From assembly GCA_022813965.1 (NCBI GenBank), contig JALDZS010000034.1, positions 1-64,000 on the forward strand: a stretch of 64,000 bases of DNA, read 5' to 3'. Origin of the DNA: Toensbergia leucococca. Its lineage: Eukaryota. The number at the start of each line of letters is the position of its first letter. The first letter of the stretch is position 1. The notes beneath the pieces were generated by a model that was not told the origin of the DNA, ran no database searches, and worked only from the letters and a program-made list of their open reading frames with translations. Below, piece by piece: positions 1-13,268 of this stretch. The position numbers and the translations under genes were made by a program.

Positions 1-47
<47 letters not shown>
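1..47. repeat. Poly-G run at the window start
   Basis: About 47 consecutive G at the edge. May be a read-end/assembly artefact (e.g. two-colour chemistry no-signal G). Confidence 0.8.
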
Positions 48-49
<2 letters not shown>

Positions 50-684
50 GATATGCAGTGAGTACGGGGACGTGTTCGGGGGTTTTGATTTTTGAGGGTA
101 AAGGAGAGGAGGGTCCTAGGAAATCATGAATGAAGCATGAGGGGATTTTTTCAGCAGAGTACCCACCCACCACACTCCCACCAATATGTAAAGAATAAAA
201 AAAATTAGAAGAAAAATGAAAAAGAGGGGAAAGAAAAAGAGGGGAAACAAAGGAAGCCGCCGGGAGAAGGGGGGGAGGAAGAAGGGGGGGAGGAAAACGA
301 TCTTCTGAATTCCCACCTCTCTATACAAGATTCCCGTAATCTCCCCGAAGGAGAAAAATTCCACAATTCAAAACAAAACCTCCCCATCTCTCGCAAAAAC
401 CGTGTACATTTTATCCCAAAAAAGTCCACACCAAATACACCAAACTCCGTAAAAAAAACCCCCAGCTTTCTCTCTCGCGGGCCCTCAAGAAAGAGAAAAA
501 AAGGGGGGATTCCCTCACCCCCTCAAATCCTTGCCTACCTATCCCGGAACCCACACCCTCCCCACCCCCCACCCCCCACCTCCCACCACTCTCAAACCTT
601 CCTTCCACTCGACCCCCTCCAAACCCACACCCCCACCAAAAAAACCACCCCGAACCCCACCACCGCTCCCCCAAAAACACTCAC

Positions 685-2608
685 CCCTAACCACCTACCC
701 CCCTCCCTCTCAACCAACAGCACCCCAATCGGCGCCCCCGCCGATACCCCCACCGCAATCCCCAGAACCGACACCACCATCCTCCCCCCAATCGCCCCCT
801 CCTGATCCCCCATACCACAGTCCTCATCTCCACCACTACCCCAAATAAAGCTCCTGACAACAGCATTACCGAAACTTGCAGCCCCACAGCCGTAAAGGCA
901 CGCCCAAGCAATCAAAGAAGCATGTGTAATGCAGGCCGTCCAGAGGAAGAGGAGCGTGGAGGTCAGGATAGCGGCGAGGATGATCTGCAATTGAGGAGCG
1001 ACGAGGTAGGATGAGGAGAGGAGGTAGCCGGGGAGGGTGGAGGCGTTCATGGCGATGAGAAGAATGATGCTTGTGGCGAGGGGGAGGTGGATCGTTTTTT
1101 GGGTGAAGGGGATGAGGAAGTAGAAGGGTATGGAGATGCCGAGGGAGCAGAGGGTGAGGCCTGCGGAGTGGCGTTAGTTTGTGGAAATTGGGTGTGGGGG
1201 AGGAGAGATTGTACCGGCTGTTGTTAGGAGGAATGCTAGGAGGGTTAGTTGGGTTGAGGTGGTGGATACAGGTGGGGGGAGGACGGACGGATGTTGTGGA
1301 AGATTGTCCGGTCCATCTTCATGGGGGCTCTGCTTTTCCAGCCTGGACGTTGGCGGATGATGATGTTTGCGGGAATGAGGGTTGTGAGTATTATGAGGGC
1401 AAAGACTGCACCCCGTGTTTCTGATCAGCTAATCGTCCAGAGCGAGCGGGTTCGAGCATGTGGATCCTGGCTTAGTGGGCATCGTCCATGTGAATCCAAT
1501 CTTGAAGAGGAGTTGTTGGGCCACGAGTGGAAAGATAACGCCACCTAGCTTTGTAAGTCATTGGTCCTTTAACCAACACATATGCAAAAATATATAGGTT
1601 GTCCCAGCAAACCTGTCGTAGCTCCCGCCGCCGCAATCACAGTCACCAAACCCATGCGGCTGGAAAAATAGCTCCTCAAGACAGCCACGCTAGAGCAACA
1701 GGACAATCCCATGCCCGTGCCAGTCACGACGCCTTGGGCGAGGAAAAGCTGCCACCAGGAGCTGCAGAAGCTGGTAGCCAAAACGCCAAGGAAGAGTAGC
1801 AGGCTGCCGCCATTAAAACACCAGCGGAAATGACCTTTGTTCATAAGAGGTCTGACAAATAGGCTCATAGATAGGATGAGGAAGAATTGGGTGGAGCCGA
1901 TCAGGGAGATTTGGGCGGGGGAGTAGATGGGGAGGAGGATGTTTTGGTAGTAGGCTTGGAATACGCCGTAGGAAATGTTTAGGCCTCTGAGGAGGAGGCG
2001 AGTTTAATGGGTGAGGGACTGGCTTCGGAGAAAACTTATAAGGCGTTGAAGCCAATGACATGAACGGCAACTGCATGTGCCCATGCTAATGGTCCTCCAT
2101 CTGGTGGCTCGGCCCAGGATGCATCAAAAGTCTTGGTTCCATCTACTTGACGTGTATTTGGGTCATGGAGGTCGAGTCTTGCTAATCCTTTTGCTTGTCC
2201 TACAGATAGTCTTTGCTCACTAAGATTGACATTGATATCTGACAGGGTCATGGAAAGTCTCGATCTTTGCGTATTGTTAGAAGGCTCGTGGGTTGTACCG
2301 TTTCTATCCTCGACCTTGGTCTTGGTGCTATTCTCCAAGTTCCAGCTATTATGGCGGCCAGGCCAGAGGTGAAAGGGTCCTTGGGCCAGATTTCCTGCGT
2401 GGGATGACTTGCGAGATGACGTCTCAGGTTCACTAGCAGAGAAGGGAATGGGTGTCATGGTGCTGTTTTCCGGATCGTGGACTAGTATAACGAATGGTCT
2501 TCCCAAAGTATGTGGGGCGTGTGTCGAAGATTCGGCAGATGTATCCGAGTGGAAGTCGGTCAAGTATACTCCATCGGAGATATCTTGGAGTCTAGTAGAG
2601 GGTGCCAT
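685..2608 (-). pseudogene. MFS monocarboxylate-transporter (MCT/Mch-type) gene, possibly decaying; 3' end below 685 not resolved
   Basis: Spliced reading gives PPDGGPLAWAHAV..FNAL|GLNISYGVFQAYY..QISLIGS..WWQLFLAQGVVTGTGMG..GGVIFPLVAQQLLFKIGFTWTM, typical MCT family motifs. Intron 1 donor reads ATAAGT (2039), and no GT donor follows WTM (~1479) before an in-frame TAG (~1430). Confidence 0.7.
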
Positions 2609-3661
2609 GTTTGGAAGGATGACTCGTCAAGTCAGTATGCTCGGAGAAGACCGAGCGAAGAAATATGAGAGTGGCTGCCTTGAACCAGCTGAATTGCCAC
2701 GGATTGAAGGACTCATTCATACTGAAAGGGCGACTATTAAATCCATGTTTGGTGAATGAGACGTTGTTACCTCTTCACGTAGCCGAACTAGAAGATGCTT
2801 CGTGCTCTGCATTTAGGAACAAGGAGTCAATACGCTCCCAGTATGCAGAAAGATGTCAGGAAAGATATGCCCAGAATTAGAGACCAACCGTCTAGAATGG
2901 ATGGCAGAATGGCAACTGCCAAAGTGCCTTTGGATTTCGAAGAATCATCCATAAATTAAAAATACTTCGTTTCCCTGGTTTTCTGAGTGGAGAAGAGTCA
3001 AACGAGCTTGCGTATCACTTTAATAATCCGACAACTCAGGCTATAATATGCTATGAAAGAAGCATTTCTTCAACTCCTTCCGTAAGATATCCCCAAATTG
3101 GAGGGCTGGCCTGTACATTTGGTCGTCGACTGTTCTTTCAACATGAAATCCATCATCAGGCTTATACTTTCTTTAGTACAAAAACAACGCTCCCTCCAAA
3201 TCCTTGGGCGAGACTCGTGAGGTCCGAGCGCGTAAATAGATGTCGACACATCAGCAGAGCGAGCATTTATATCAGCATTGATGGCACAATATCTGTTCCT
3301 TTCCTCTTCGCCTGCTTCATATGAAGAATACAAAGCTTAAGTTGAAGAAGCCTAAGCAGCCACTATCAGGCACGACAAGGACCATACTCCAGATAGATTT
3401 AGTGGGAATGTTATACTCGAAGTGACGTTTAAAAGGCAAGCTGCCAGATATATGGACACAGACCGCAAAACATACAACAATAGTAGCCGCGTGTGTACAC
3501 CGATGCAGTTGTTGTACAGATATAATCTTGCTTCTATATGGAATCGCTTCAATGCGGAGAAATTTGGAGTTCAAATATCAGCACACAGGAGCGTCAGCTG
3601 ATACAAGAGCAAGGACAATACTGCAAGATAGCATGAGTTCTTCTGTCAGGCATTGGACCCC

Positions 3662-4521
3662 TTAGAGAATCGCATTGACAAGATCTGCACCCATTGTAGC
3701 CCCAGCACCAAAAATAGCTGAAGCACTAGAGTCAGCAAACAAGTCCTCTCATCTAATAGTCCGTAGACATACCAGCATTCCCAAGCTTCTTTCCGAACTT
3801 CTTCCCCATGCCCCCTGCAGCAGACGGCGCAGCAGGGCCATTATTGCTCCCATTTTGACTCATCTCCATTGGCATATTCCCATACCCTGAATTTGTAGGT
3901 GCAACGGGGCTAGTACCGGTGTTGTAATTTATATTCTTATTTTCAACGATATTGACATAGCTCCGGGGAAAAATACCCTCTTGGCCAGTACGTTCATTAC
4001 GACCTTTGGCCCAATCGGCATTCATAAATTCCAAGACGGAGATGCGGTCGTTGGGTTGAAGTGCTAGATCACCGGCATCCGAGGGATTGTAGGCGTATAA
4101 AGCGCTGGCGGTGGCCAAGGGGGTAGGGAAGGAATATGATGGAGGCGGAGGACCAGGGACTGACATAGGCGTAGGGGTATAGAAGCCTGTGTTATTTATG
4201 CTGGCCGGGTTCTTCTCATTGAGAGAGAGATTGGAAAGATTGGCGGAAGAGGTTGGAGGAGGAAGGTTTGCTTGAGGGGAAGAGAGCGTTTCAGAGTCGC
4301 GAGGTGATGAGTGCAATGGTGCATGTACAAGAGTTTGCTGAGGCAGTTGGGAGAGAAAGTTGGTCAGTTGGGTAGTGGTGATGATGGAGGAGTCGGCGAG
4401 GTATTCGAGTTCCTGATCGAAGGCCTGATGAGAGTGTTGTACAATCAGACTTGGGCAAGGGACTCACGGTTCGAATAGTACGTAAACTCCTATTCATGGC
4501 GGCTGTGTTTGTCTCGGCCAT
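3662..4521 (-). CDS. SH3-domain protein, LSB1/PIN3-like (3 exons)
   Basis: MNRSLRTIRT|ELEYLADS N-terminus; SH3 ALYAYNPSDAGDLALQPNDRISVLEFMNADWAKG..EGIFPRSYV; C-terminal KKFGKKLGNA|AIFGAGATMGADLVNAIL*. Start could be 4530. Confidence 0.9.
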
Positions 4522-4638
4522 ACTGGGCATGATGATGGTCATCAGAATCAGGCTCGTAATGTGTAGGGAAAGTTATCCTGAGAAATATTCTACCATTTGT
4601 ACTTGTAGAAACAATGCTTTAGAGAGTACCCGTATCCG

Positions 4639-4728
4639 TACGGAGTCGGTACTCCGTAGCTGGCGCGTCATCTTGTGCACAGCCACCACCGCCTCCTTGT
4701 GATTTATCTATGACCTCGGTACTCCGTA
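4639..4728. promoter_or_regulatory. TACGGAGT/ACTCCGTA motif cluster upstream of the SH3 gene
   Basis: Inverted pair TACGGAGT (4639-4646) / ACTCCGTA (4651-4658) and a third copy at 4721-4728. The same word recurs upstream of GLN1 (~53340, ~53666). Confidence 0.4.
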
Positions 4729-5929
4729 GAAAATACACTCTGGTGCTCTATCCACTGTTTTTTGCTCCGTCTTGCATACAAAAACTTGTCTCATCACATT
4801 CAATATAGCTTCATAATCGTCTGACATCTCAATTTCAACTCGATAAAATCTTCGACTACAAAAGGAATACCCCGAATGATAGCCCTTTGCTGAAACAGTT
4901 CTTCATGCTCCCACAAGAGAGAAAGTAAATGAGAATTGTTCATTTACCCCCAATCACGAAGACTCAGGGTCCAGCTCCGACAAGCAATTCATGGACTTGT
5001 CCAATTGAATTCTCCAACAGGCAAAGTGTTGAGAAATTTAACCACTGGACATATTGCATCAGGAACCCATCGTATTCAATCTCAAACGAACCATCTCCGT
5101 GACACCTAGTCAACGAATTAGCCTCATCCCCATGGAGGAAGAATTTTGATCCATTGATGCATCTACTTGTTGACAGCGTACGTCACCTTTCACATGACAA
5201 TGTCAGACGGCATGATTATCGAGGACGACCTTCAGTGTCGGATTTCAATCTGCATCTGACATAAGGCGAACATCTGTCTGGCTACCTACGGTACTCACCT
5301 CAGAAACAGCCATGGTAAGTACAGCTGTAACGTTGACGTCACTGACTGCTTCTCTGATTGCTTTTCTAAAATCAGCCAGGTCTAGATTAATCAAACGTAA
5401 TGCTGCAATTTTATGTTGCTGAGATCTTATATCTATTATCTCGGAACCATTAAGAAGACTACGATGCGTAGCAGCATTAAAGAGTGGGTTATGAAATAGC
5501 GCAGGATCCGTGAAAGTGAGAGATATCCAGTTGTCATCCAGACTCAGGCTCCCGCTTTCCGATTCTCTCGCAATTAGTCGATGACTGAAGAATCGCGCAT
5601 CTAATATTTCAGATCAGCCAAGGTCGTATATGTTTGAGAGGACCGAGTACAGCATCTCAAGTGACTCGAAATGTCTACTTGACTTGACGATGGCTGAAAA
5701 TACACAGAATTTTTGACCAAATTTCCCTTATGGAGAAAATTGGAGGAAAAAGAATAAAAAATTTGTCGAGAAAAGACATTTAGAGAACAGAGGGTATATC
5801 ATTACCTTGAAATACTAGAAATTGAGGGCCAGAGGTCAGATATACAGTGCGAGAGTTAATCGTGCATGTAGGGCTACGCTATAACGGGGTAACGCTTGAA
5901 AGGACCCACCTTGTCGGCGCCAAGTATCC

Positions 5930-8460
5930 TGTACAGATATTGTCTCTGCCACAAAACTCGATCGACGGACTTCCCTTGGAAATCATTTTGACGGCGGCCA
6001 TCAACCTCATCAGCTAAGAATATCTGTCTAGCAATATCGGCCGATGAAGTGCGCGGCTTTAAGTGATTACTACTTGGTTCATGGACCTTCTTAGAAATTG
6101 GCCGGGCTCTTTTTGTTCGGTAGGCTTTGGTTTCTTCTTGTCAAGAAAAGACAGGCTTGCGAACTTCTTTTAGGGCTGCAGGATCTGGGACATAGCTTGA
6201 TCCTCAGAGATTGACAAAACGAAGCTGAGATGCTGCTTGTTCCATGGTGGATGGGATCATATCTTGAGGGTCTTTGTTGAAATGTCTCAGTACTCGCACT
6301 CGTACCCAAGTTGAGTTGTAGTGTTGCAAATCGGCCGATGATGTCAAAACGAACGGAAGTGCTCAAATGAGGGGGTCACCTTCAATCATCCATTCAATAC
6401 TACACCCTCGCTTGTTGCAAGCCTGTACAGAGCCATGATTATCCGTCGACGCTGCTCTCCAATGATATCGGCCACTCCAGGCAACGACATATTAGCAACT
6501 ATACTAATGACTTGGTGTTTCGTTGAAAAGTGCTATAAAATTACTTCGAATTAGCAGGAACAGACTTCCTCTTAGACCCACCGGATCTGTCGATTTTGAA
6601 CGGCGAGGCAGCTTGAGCATAGGCTGTGAGATCTCTTTCTTCTTGTCTGATTGCTTCTACAGCTCTTCTAGTTGATTTAATGCTTCAACCGCCTGTCAAT
6701 GTTTAGGGCCAAGTACTTTTGCATAGCCTTGCATGACACATTCAGAGCGTGATGCCACATGTTCAGTGATAGATCTTTCCTTGTACATGACAACTAAATT
6801 ATATCTCGTGTCTGAGCGCTGCTCATGCTCAGGACTCCGGACGTTTTTGTTTTCTGCCAATGCTCGCGGGTACATCTCTTCAGCTTCTTTTATTTTGCCT
6901 TGATCCTATTGATTTTCCAGATTATCGACTGTTTCAAATGGTGAGATATGTTCGTGACCCTAGGTTTTTTTCTTCTGCTAATAAATGTAGGTATATATTT
7001 TCAGCTTCTATTGTTTTGCTTTACTTTGAGTTACCATGTGTCAATATATGCTTGGGATCCCCTTTGGGTGGACTCCAACATCCCCAATTAGAGATCGGTG
7101 CTCCAAAGCACGGTTTGTTTCTATTGAATATAAAGAATACGAAAAGATCATTTCTACAGTGTTGATTGGACCCGAAACAACCAAGATTTGCAACATCCGA
7201 GACGGTCTCAAACCGCACAGAGAGAACATTCCAGCCGCTATTAGTGCCAACAGCTTGTACATGTGTATTATGTTCGAGGTTATATTTCTAAGACTGATTC
7301 TTTCAGCAGATCCTCTACCAACAAATCTGAAGCAACGTTGACCTTGATCAGTCACAGAATTCAACATTCCAAGCAGACAGCTCTGAATCTCGATCGACGA
7401 TTATAAGAGATACAGCAGACACTTTTGGAAACACAACATGTAACTCTGTCCCAACCGAATGTGTTGAGACATATCTTACTCTCAACACCATCACATACTC
7501 CAAATCATTTCCCATGGATCGGACAGTGGTCTCGACCCTAATGGTACACAAACAAAGGCTTCTTAGAGTCTGCCATCCTTACGACTCTTCTCCAAAGATA
7601 CCATGGTACCAAGTTCCGGCAAGCTCCGGATCTTCTTACTGTGACGAGTCGTCACGGAGATACGTGCAACTATGGCCGTGATATCCGCTTTGATCCCGAA
7701 TCAACGGAAGCCTGCAAGTCTATTTGAGGTCTCATCAAAGTTCCTAGAAATATATACTGAAGACCAGCATCTTCCAAGCACTCTTCTTACTGTGACTGCT
7801 TCCTATGAGAGAAGCACTTCTGGTGACTCTGGCACAAACTTTTATGGGCTTTTATACCTCAAGTCACCGAGCCAGTGGCGCGCGCAGGCGTAATATTCCA
7901 ATCAACGTCTATCCCTCTTCTATGCCTCGGCAGGTTACGAAACTCTCAAAGTACGAATATAGCACCTAGGAACGCCGCGAGAAATGGGCCAGGTAGCTTT
8001 TGAAGGAGTTTTCAAGTTCACTCCAAAAGCTTTGTAGCCGGAACATTGCGGAATTCTCCACCATTGCTTATATTCAGAGCGTTCATTGGTGGTGATGAAG
8101 TCGACATAAAGTATCTGGACAGTCTTAGAAGATATCGTTCTAGTGAGCTGAGCTCAGGGAAGAGGGATAAAATTGAGCTCTAATAGGAGAGAGTTCTGGG
8201 GAAGGAACGAAAATCTACACTAGCAAGTATGGACGACCTCGCGGTGGTATTCGTCAGCCAAGGCAAACATCGAAGAGCCCTTGGACTGTGTGAGAGGATC
8301 CTCAGACTAGAGCATCTACCAGCGCTGAAAAGCTTAAAGCATGAGCAACCTGATTTTAGTATTCGACAAGCAATTCAAGAACGATGAGGCGTTGCCACGA
8401 CGGACTCTGGGGCTATCTAAAACGGTGCTAGAAAGGGATCAGCAAATGAATAATGTACCA
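5930..8460 (+). pseudogene. Decayed fungal NLR-like gene (NB-ARC + kinesin-light-chain-type TPR repeats)
   Basis: GLPLEIILTAA at 5967 (NB-ARC GLPL motif); LQLLLFCLDPIDFPD at ~6878 (resembles the post-GLPL helical segment); TPR remnants RVLGKERKSTLASMDDLAVVFVSQGKHRRALGLCERIL at 8190 and MSNLILVFDKQFKNDEAL..KTVLERD at 8341. Many stops and frameshifts. Boundaries approximate. Confidence 0.65.
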
Positions 8461-8830
8461 TGATGGTACTACCATCATTCTATCGTTCATCTCCTAGTAG
8501 TCGGACCAACAGCCCAATATTGAACTGGATAGCTCAGCTCCCTTTGCAATGAGACTTTGCTCGCTGCTACTATTTGCTTTACCTACGGCAAGGTTTTTGT
8601 CCTTTTCACGGTACGTCTCCACTTGAAAAGAGTGAATATGTAGTGGTGTTCCATATGAGTTGATGATGTCAAAAAATGGCGAGATGTTCATAAATGATTG
8701 GTCTGCTCATAAGAGGAGACTCTTGGTAGGCTCGGAGAAGATATTTTAGGGTAATGCATGGATTTACAGATGAACAAGGTGTCTCATACTTTAATAAACC
8801 TCTCAACAATCTATGAATGTGTTCTCTCTA

Positions 8831-9139
8831 ACCCCTAGAATGCATTATACCCTTTGACGCATCACGCTAAAACACTTAAGAAAGTCACAGCTTCATCTGA
8901 AATATTCTTTGAGAGAAGAAGGCTCAATTTAATTCTGCACACATAGAGCTCAGTAAATGAATCTTGAGATTTTGAGTCACAAACTGAATATTGCATAAAT
9001 GTTGTCACAATACTGTGAAACTGATTTAATTTCAAATTCTGATGAGAAAAGGTTTCAGTTTTCAGTCTTTATACTTGTCTGATGAGTGCTGATTTTAATG
9101 TGATGCATCAAGGGGATATTATGCACTTAGAATAGGGGT
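8831..9139. mobile_element. MITE-like non-autonomous DNA transposon (~310 bp)
   Basis: Imperfect ~50-bp terminal inverted repeats (ACCCCTAGAATGCATTATACCCTTTGACGCATCACGCTAAAA vs reverse complement ACCCCTATTCTAAGTGCATAATATCCCCTTGATGCATCACATTAAAA). TA on both sides (8829-30, 9140-41). AT-rich, CpG-poor interior. Confidence 0.75.
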
Positions 9140-9793
9140 TAGTGATTAAGAAATGATCACAATATGTGCAAAAAGATGATCAGGGTAAGATTCATTTCTT
9201 AGAATGTGATGTCAAGATGAACCTTGACCTGACGTCCTGTGAGCAGAGCACGTTAGATTTGAGACAGTGTATATTTTCACCTGACCGATCGTTAGTAGGT
9301 AGACTAGAATACCTGTATTCAACGATAGACCGTATTTTTAGTTCTCCAATATCAGTTAGTCGTAGGTAGGTACGCTGATGATTCATTCGACCGTCTCTCC
9401 GATCTGTACCACCCAGCTAGCCGCATCCTCTGGTCGAGCTCGGATTCTGTCCTCCTTTACTGCCATGTCTTCAAAAGAGAGAGGATGAAGACATCGAAAT
9501 CTGGTGCTCTTAATCCAAATAGTTTCATAAGAGCTCATCCCTAGATCCTGCAGGGGAAATATTACAAATTCAGGTCAGAATCCACCTCCATGTGTGATTG
9601 AGGAACCCTAACCCCGAGAAAAGACACAACCAATCGATCAAGGCGACAATGCAAATTCGATTCGCTCGTTGCAATGATGAGATCATCAATCCTACGAAAT
9701 TGCACCATGATTACTACAACGCATTGCATTTCGAATCTCTTCCGTGCAGAACATTCTATCATACAATACCCACCATAACAGATTACTACTCTC

Positions 9794-10725
9794 ATGATGC
9801 CCTTCCCATACAAAAAGGTGCTAGTCATTGGGGCAACGAGCGGAATTGGAGCGGCGTTGGCTTCCAAGTTGGTTGAGGAGGGCTCATACGTGATCGCTGT
9901 TGGCAGAAGGAAGGAGAATCTAGAAGACTTTGTTCACCAACATGGCAAAGACAAGTCCAGTGCTGTACCTTTCGACATCACGGAGCTGGAGAAGATCCCA
10001 AACTTTGCTACCAAGTGCGCCTAGTATACCCTACCCTGTCCTCGTGTCAATACTAACCTGTATCAGTATTACAAAGACGCATACCGATTTGGACTGTATC
10101 CTCCTGAACTCTGGCGTTCAGAATGGTCTCGACTTCTTGAAGCCTGATACAATCGATCTTTCAATACTGCAGACTGAATTCAACACCAACTATATGAGTC
10201 AGCTGGCACTCACAAAAGCTTTCCTGCCGTTCTTGCAAAATAAAAAGGGGGAGTCGGCCCTGATATAGTACGTCGTCCGAGCATTGTACAAGGATAAAAT
10301 TGACCAACGTGTTTTTCAAAGCACTACGTCTTCATTGGCATTGGTACCTATGATGAGGTGCGCAAATTATTGCGCTACCAAGGCAGCTCTACATCACGTC
10401 ATCCTTGTGCTTCGTGAGCAATTGAAGGATACTAGCATCAAGGTCGTGGAACTCTATCCGCCTGCCGTACAAAGTATATTCCCAAATTATCGTTCAGGGA
10501 GTACTGTGTTGATATTGATTAGCGGAGTTGCATGATGAGAAGCACCAACCGGATCTCCAGAACGGACATCAAATTGGAATGCCACTGGATCAATTCATAG
10601 CAGAAGCTTATGAAGGATTAGCAGGGGGGAATGAAGAGGTTCTAGTCGGAGATGCTAAAGATTGGTTCAATGCATTCGAACTTCAAAGGCAGAAAATATT
10701 CCATGGGAGGATCAAAGCAATGTAA
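9794..10725 (+). CDS. Short-chain dehydrogenase/reductase (4 exons)
   Basis: VLVIGATSGIG Rossmann motif, LNSGVQ, catalytic YCATK (YxxxK); three GT-AG introns give a continuous frame. Confidence 0.93.
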
Positions 10726-11572
10726 TGACAGGTACTCCACTTGGTGATCAGAGCAATCAAAGTACGAGTAGCTTTTTAGATTACGAGTAATTGAAGAAAT
10801 GTCATTCGGGCCTGGCGAACACGTGACTACTTAGTACGCGTACTCAGTACTCATATAAATTGTAACGGGTCTGGCATCTGATTTAAAAATCATCTGAATA
10901 GCTCTTCACAATGGTGTTTTCAATGAAACACGAATGACTTGATGGGCTTTTATCAGGCTTCTATCTGTGCTCGCTGTGTCAAATGCTAGGTGGATGGACA
11001 ATCAATAATGAGTAATCATGGTCGCACGAAAAGAGGGACCAATTGGATTTTCACCCCTAATGCCGAAAGCTCATTTCCATTTTCCATTTTCCTCTTCACA
11101 ACCTTGTCATGAACGTCATCCTGATTGATTGATTCATTTCTTTCAACTTTTCTCATCTCTCGTAATCTTCATAATCACGATTTCCCTTTCCCTATCCGTA
11201 CTCACGACTTTTCATATACCTCCACATCATCAATCACTTTGCGCTCAATCACCATCTAGATTGTATCTATCGTCATGACGACTTATCATGCAATCACCCT
11301 TGCTTGATTTCACTGCACCCTGGAAACTGTGAATGATTTTCTTCTGCGTTTTTTTCTTCTTCCCACGTTCCATCTGAGTGCCATCCTTTGTCAAGTTTAG
11401 TCTTCGTTGTCCCCGAACTGCTTATCATCGCACTACTGTCTTTCCTACGCTTTCTTGCAACATTCATCATGGTGAGCCAACATTCATTATTATCTTCAAT
11501 CGCCACCACCTCAGATGAATCTGATGTCTTTCGTAGTCTGCCGGAAAGAATTCAAAGAACTTGTCAAAGTCC

Positions 11573-13268
11573 ATGATCTCAAGCCATACTCCCGACTCAC
11601 CGGCTTCATCAAGAAAGGACAAGTCCAATTTGTGGTCCATTGCCGCAAGAGAGGATATCTTTGCTCGGCGACAGAATGGTGAGGAATGGGAGACCATCTG
11701 CGTGGTATTTATCTCTTCTCCTCATTACCCCATGTTGATGCTGACACGTCAAAGGACTACCCGACTCGGACTCGTCATGCAATGCAGCAACAGTACTCGG
11801 TGAGTATTAGAGTCACAATTTTCATAACCCTGAAACGATAATTAATAAACTCGCAGGTGATGAAGAAACAAGCTGCTGTGGTATAGTTTACATGTGCTTG
11901 GAGTTACTCATTATAGAGACTGACCATGTCAGGACAACGACAGCTTTACTCCAACCAGACGTGCTCCAGGCCGCAGGTCAAAGAGAACAACGCGCGGGAG
12001 CTGGACATCTGTAAACCGAGCTCAGTCTTCTTCAGATGAAGGAGAAGGAGAAGAATTGGATCTACTCGACGATGAAGATTTCACAGAGGATATAGATAGT
12101 GCTACTATTGAAGGGGAAGAGGACGATGAAACGGACCCGACAGTGGAGCAAAAACGTAATGTATCAACTGAGGTAGGTCTTTCTTCTTTCATGAGGTTGA
12201 TTATAACCTAATGCTCATCAGATCCCTCGGCCGCCAATACCAACGCGAAGTGTCACTGAGCCTTCGACCAGATCCAACACTTTGAAACGATCGCTGATAG
12301 CTACCTTCCCTAATCTCCCTATGGCGCTCGCTCAACAGCCTTCGCCGCAGGAGTCCAGGATCGAGAAATCAGACATCTCAAAGCGTAGTAACGAAGCCGA
12401 AGCCACAGATTCGGACTCCAGAACATCCTCGCACCAAAGCAAGCGCCGGAAATACTCGACCGAGCCTTCAGAAACATTCAACATTGTCCCACCCGATACA
12501 TCAGTATCGAACAAAATTCTACAAGACGTCTTCAAAGTACCGAGCATTCTATTACTACCCGAAGAAATCGAAAAAGCCGCCAAAAGAGTTTCAATGATGG
12601 CCATCTCCTACGAAGCCGAAAAGGCTTCCCGCAAACAAACTTACGAGGGCGCCATCAAACGAGCCAACCGCCGCGCCAACGAGGCAGAGACCAGCCTCCA
12701 CGACAGAAGCCAGGCCAATGCCGCCAAGCTAAAAGCAAAAGATGAAGCCCACACCAAACAAATAGAAAGCCATACCAAACAAATCGACGCTCTCAACAAA
12801 GAAATCGATGCTCTCTATAAAGAGCACGAAACGGCAACCGAACTTCTCAAAGCCACCGCCGCGCCCAACCCCGAGACTGAACGCACCCTCTTGCGCCTCG
12901 AAGCCCAATTAATTGAACGAGACGCCCGAATCGCCGCCCAAGATAACCATCTCAAGCTCTACGACCAACTCCGCTCCCAGATCCACCAAGAAGTCGCCCA
13001 GCTTCAAGAGCTCCAGAAACGCACGGGCGACAAACTCGAGAACGTCAAAACGGACTCGCAGGTCCTAGGTGCCGCCATTGTTAAATTGAACGAAAGCGTG
13101 TACGATGTGGGTATCCATACTATCAAGAAACTTGCTGAGGCTGTTTGGGATGGCTATAAGGCTGTGGAGGCGAATTTGAGCGGCGCGTTTGAGGTGTGGG
13201 CGGAGACGGGGGAGGCGGTGAAGGCTTTTTCGAAGAAGTTTTCTGAGGTCGAGAGGGTGGGGTGTTGA
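11573..13268 (+). CDS. Hypothetical protein with N-terminal Myb/SANT-like helix-turn-helix, acidic linker and C-terminal coiled coil (multi-exon)
   Basis: WSIAAREDIFARRQNGEEWETIC|DYPTRTRHAMQQQYS|VMKKQ resembles a Myb-like repeat; small GT-AG exons at 11.7-12.2 kb; long heptad-rich last exon. Confidence 0.7.

Noticed and set aside
116..848. Pro-, Gly- or Phe-rich ORFs in the track (also at 13284-14403, 36584-37687 and 56553-57652)
   Set aside because: By-products of the extreme C/G skew and low complexity, or antisense to real genes; no domain signal.
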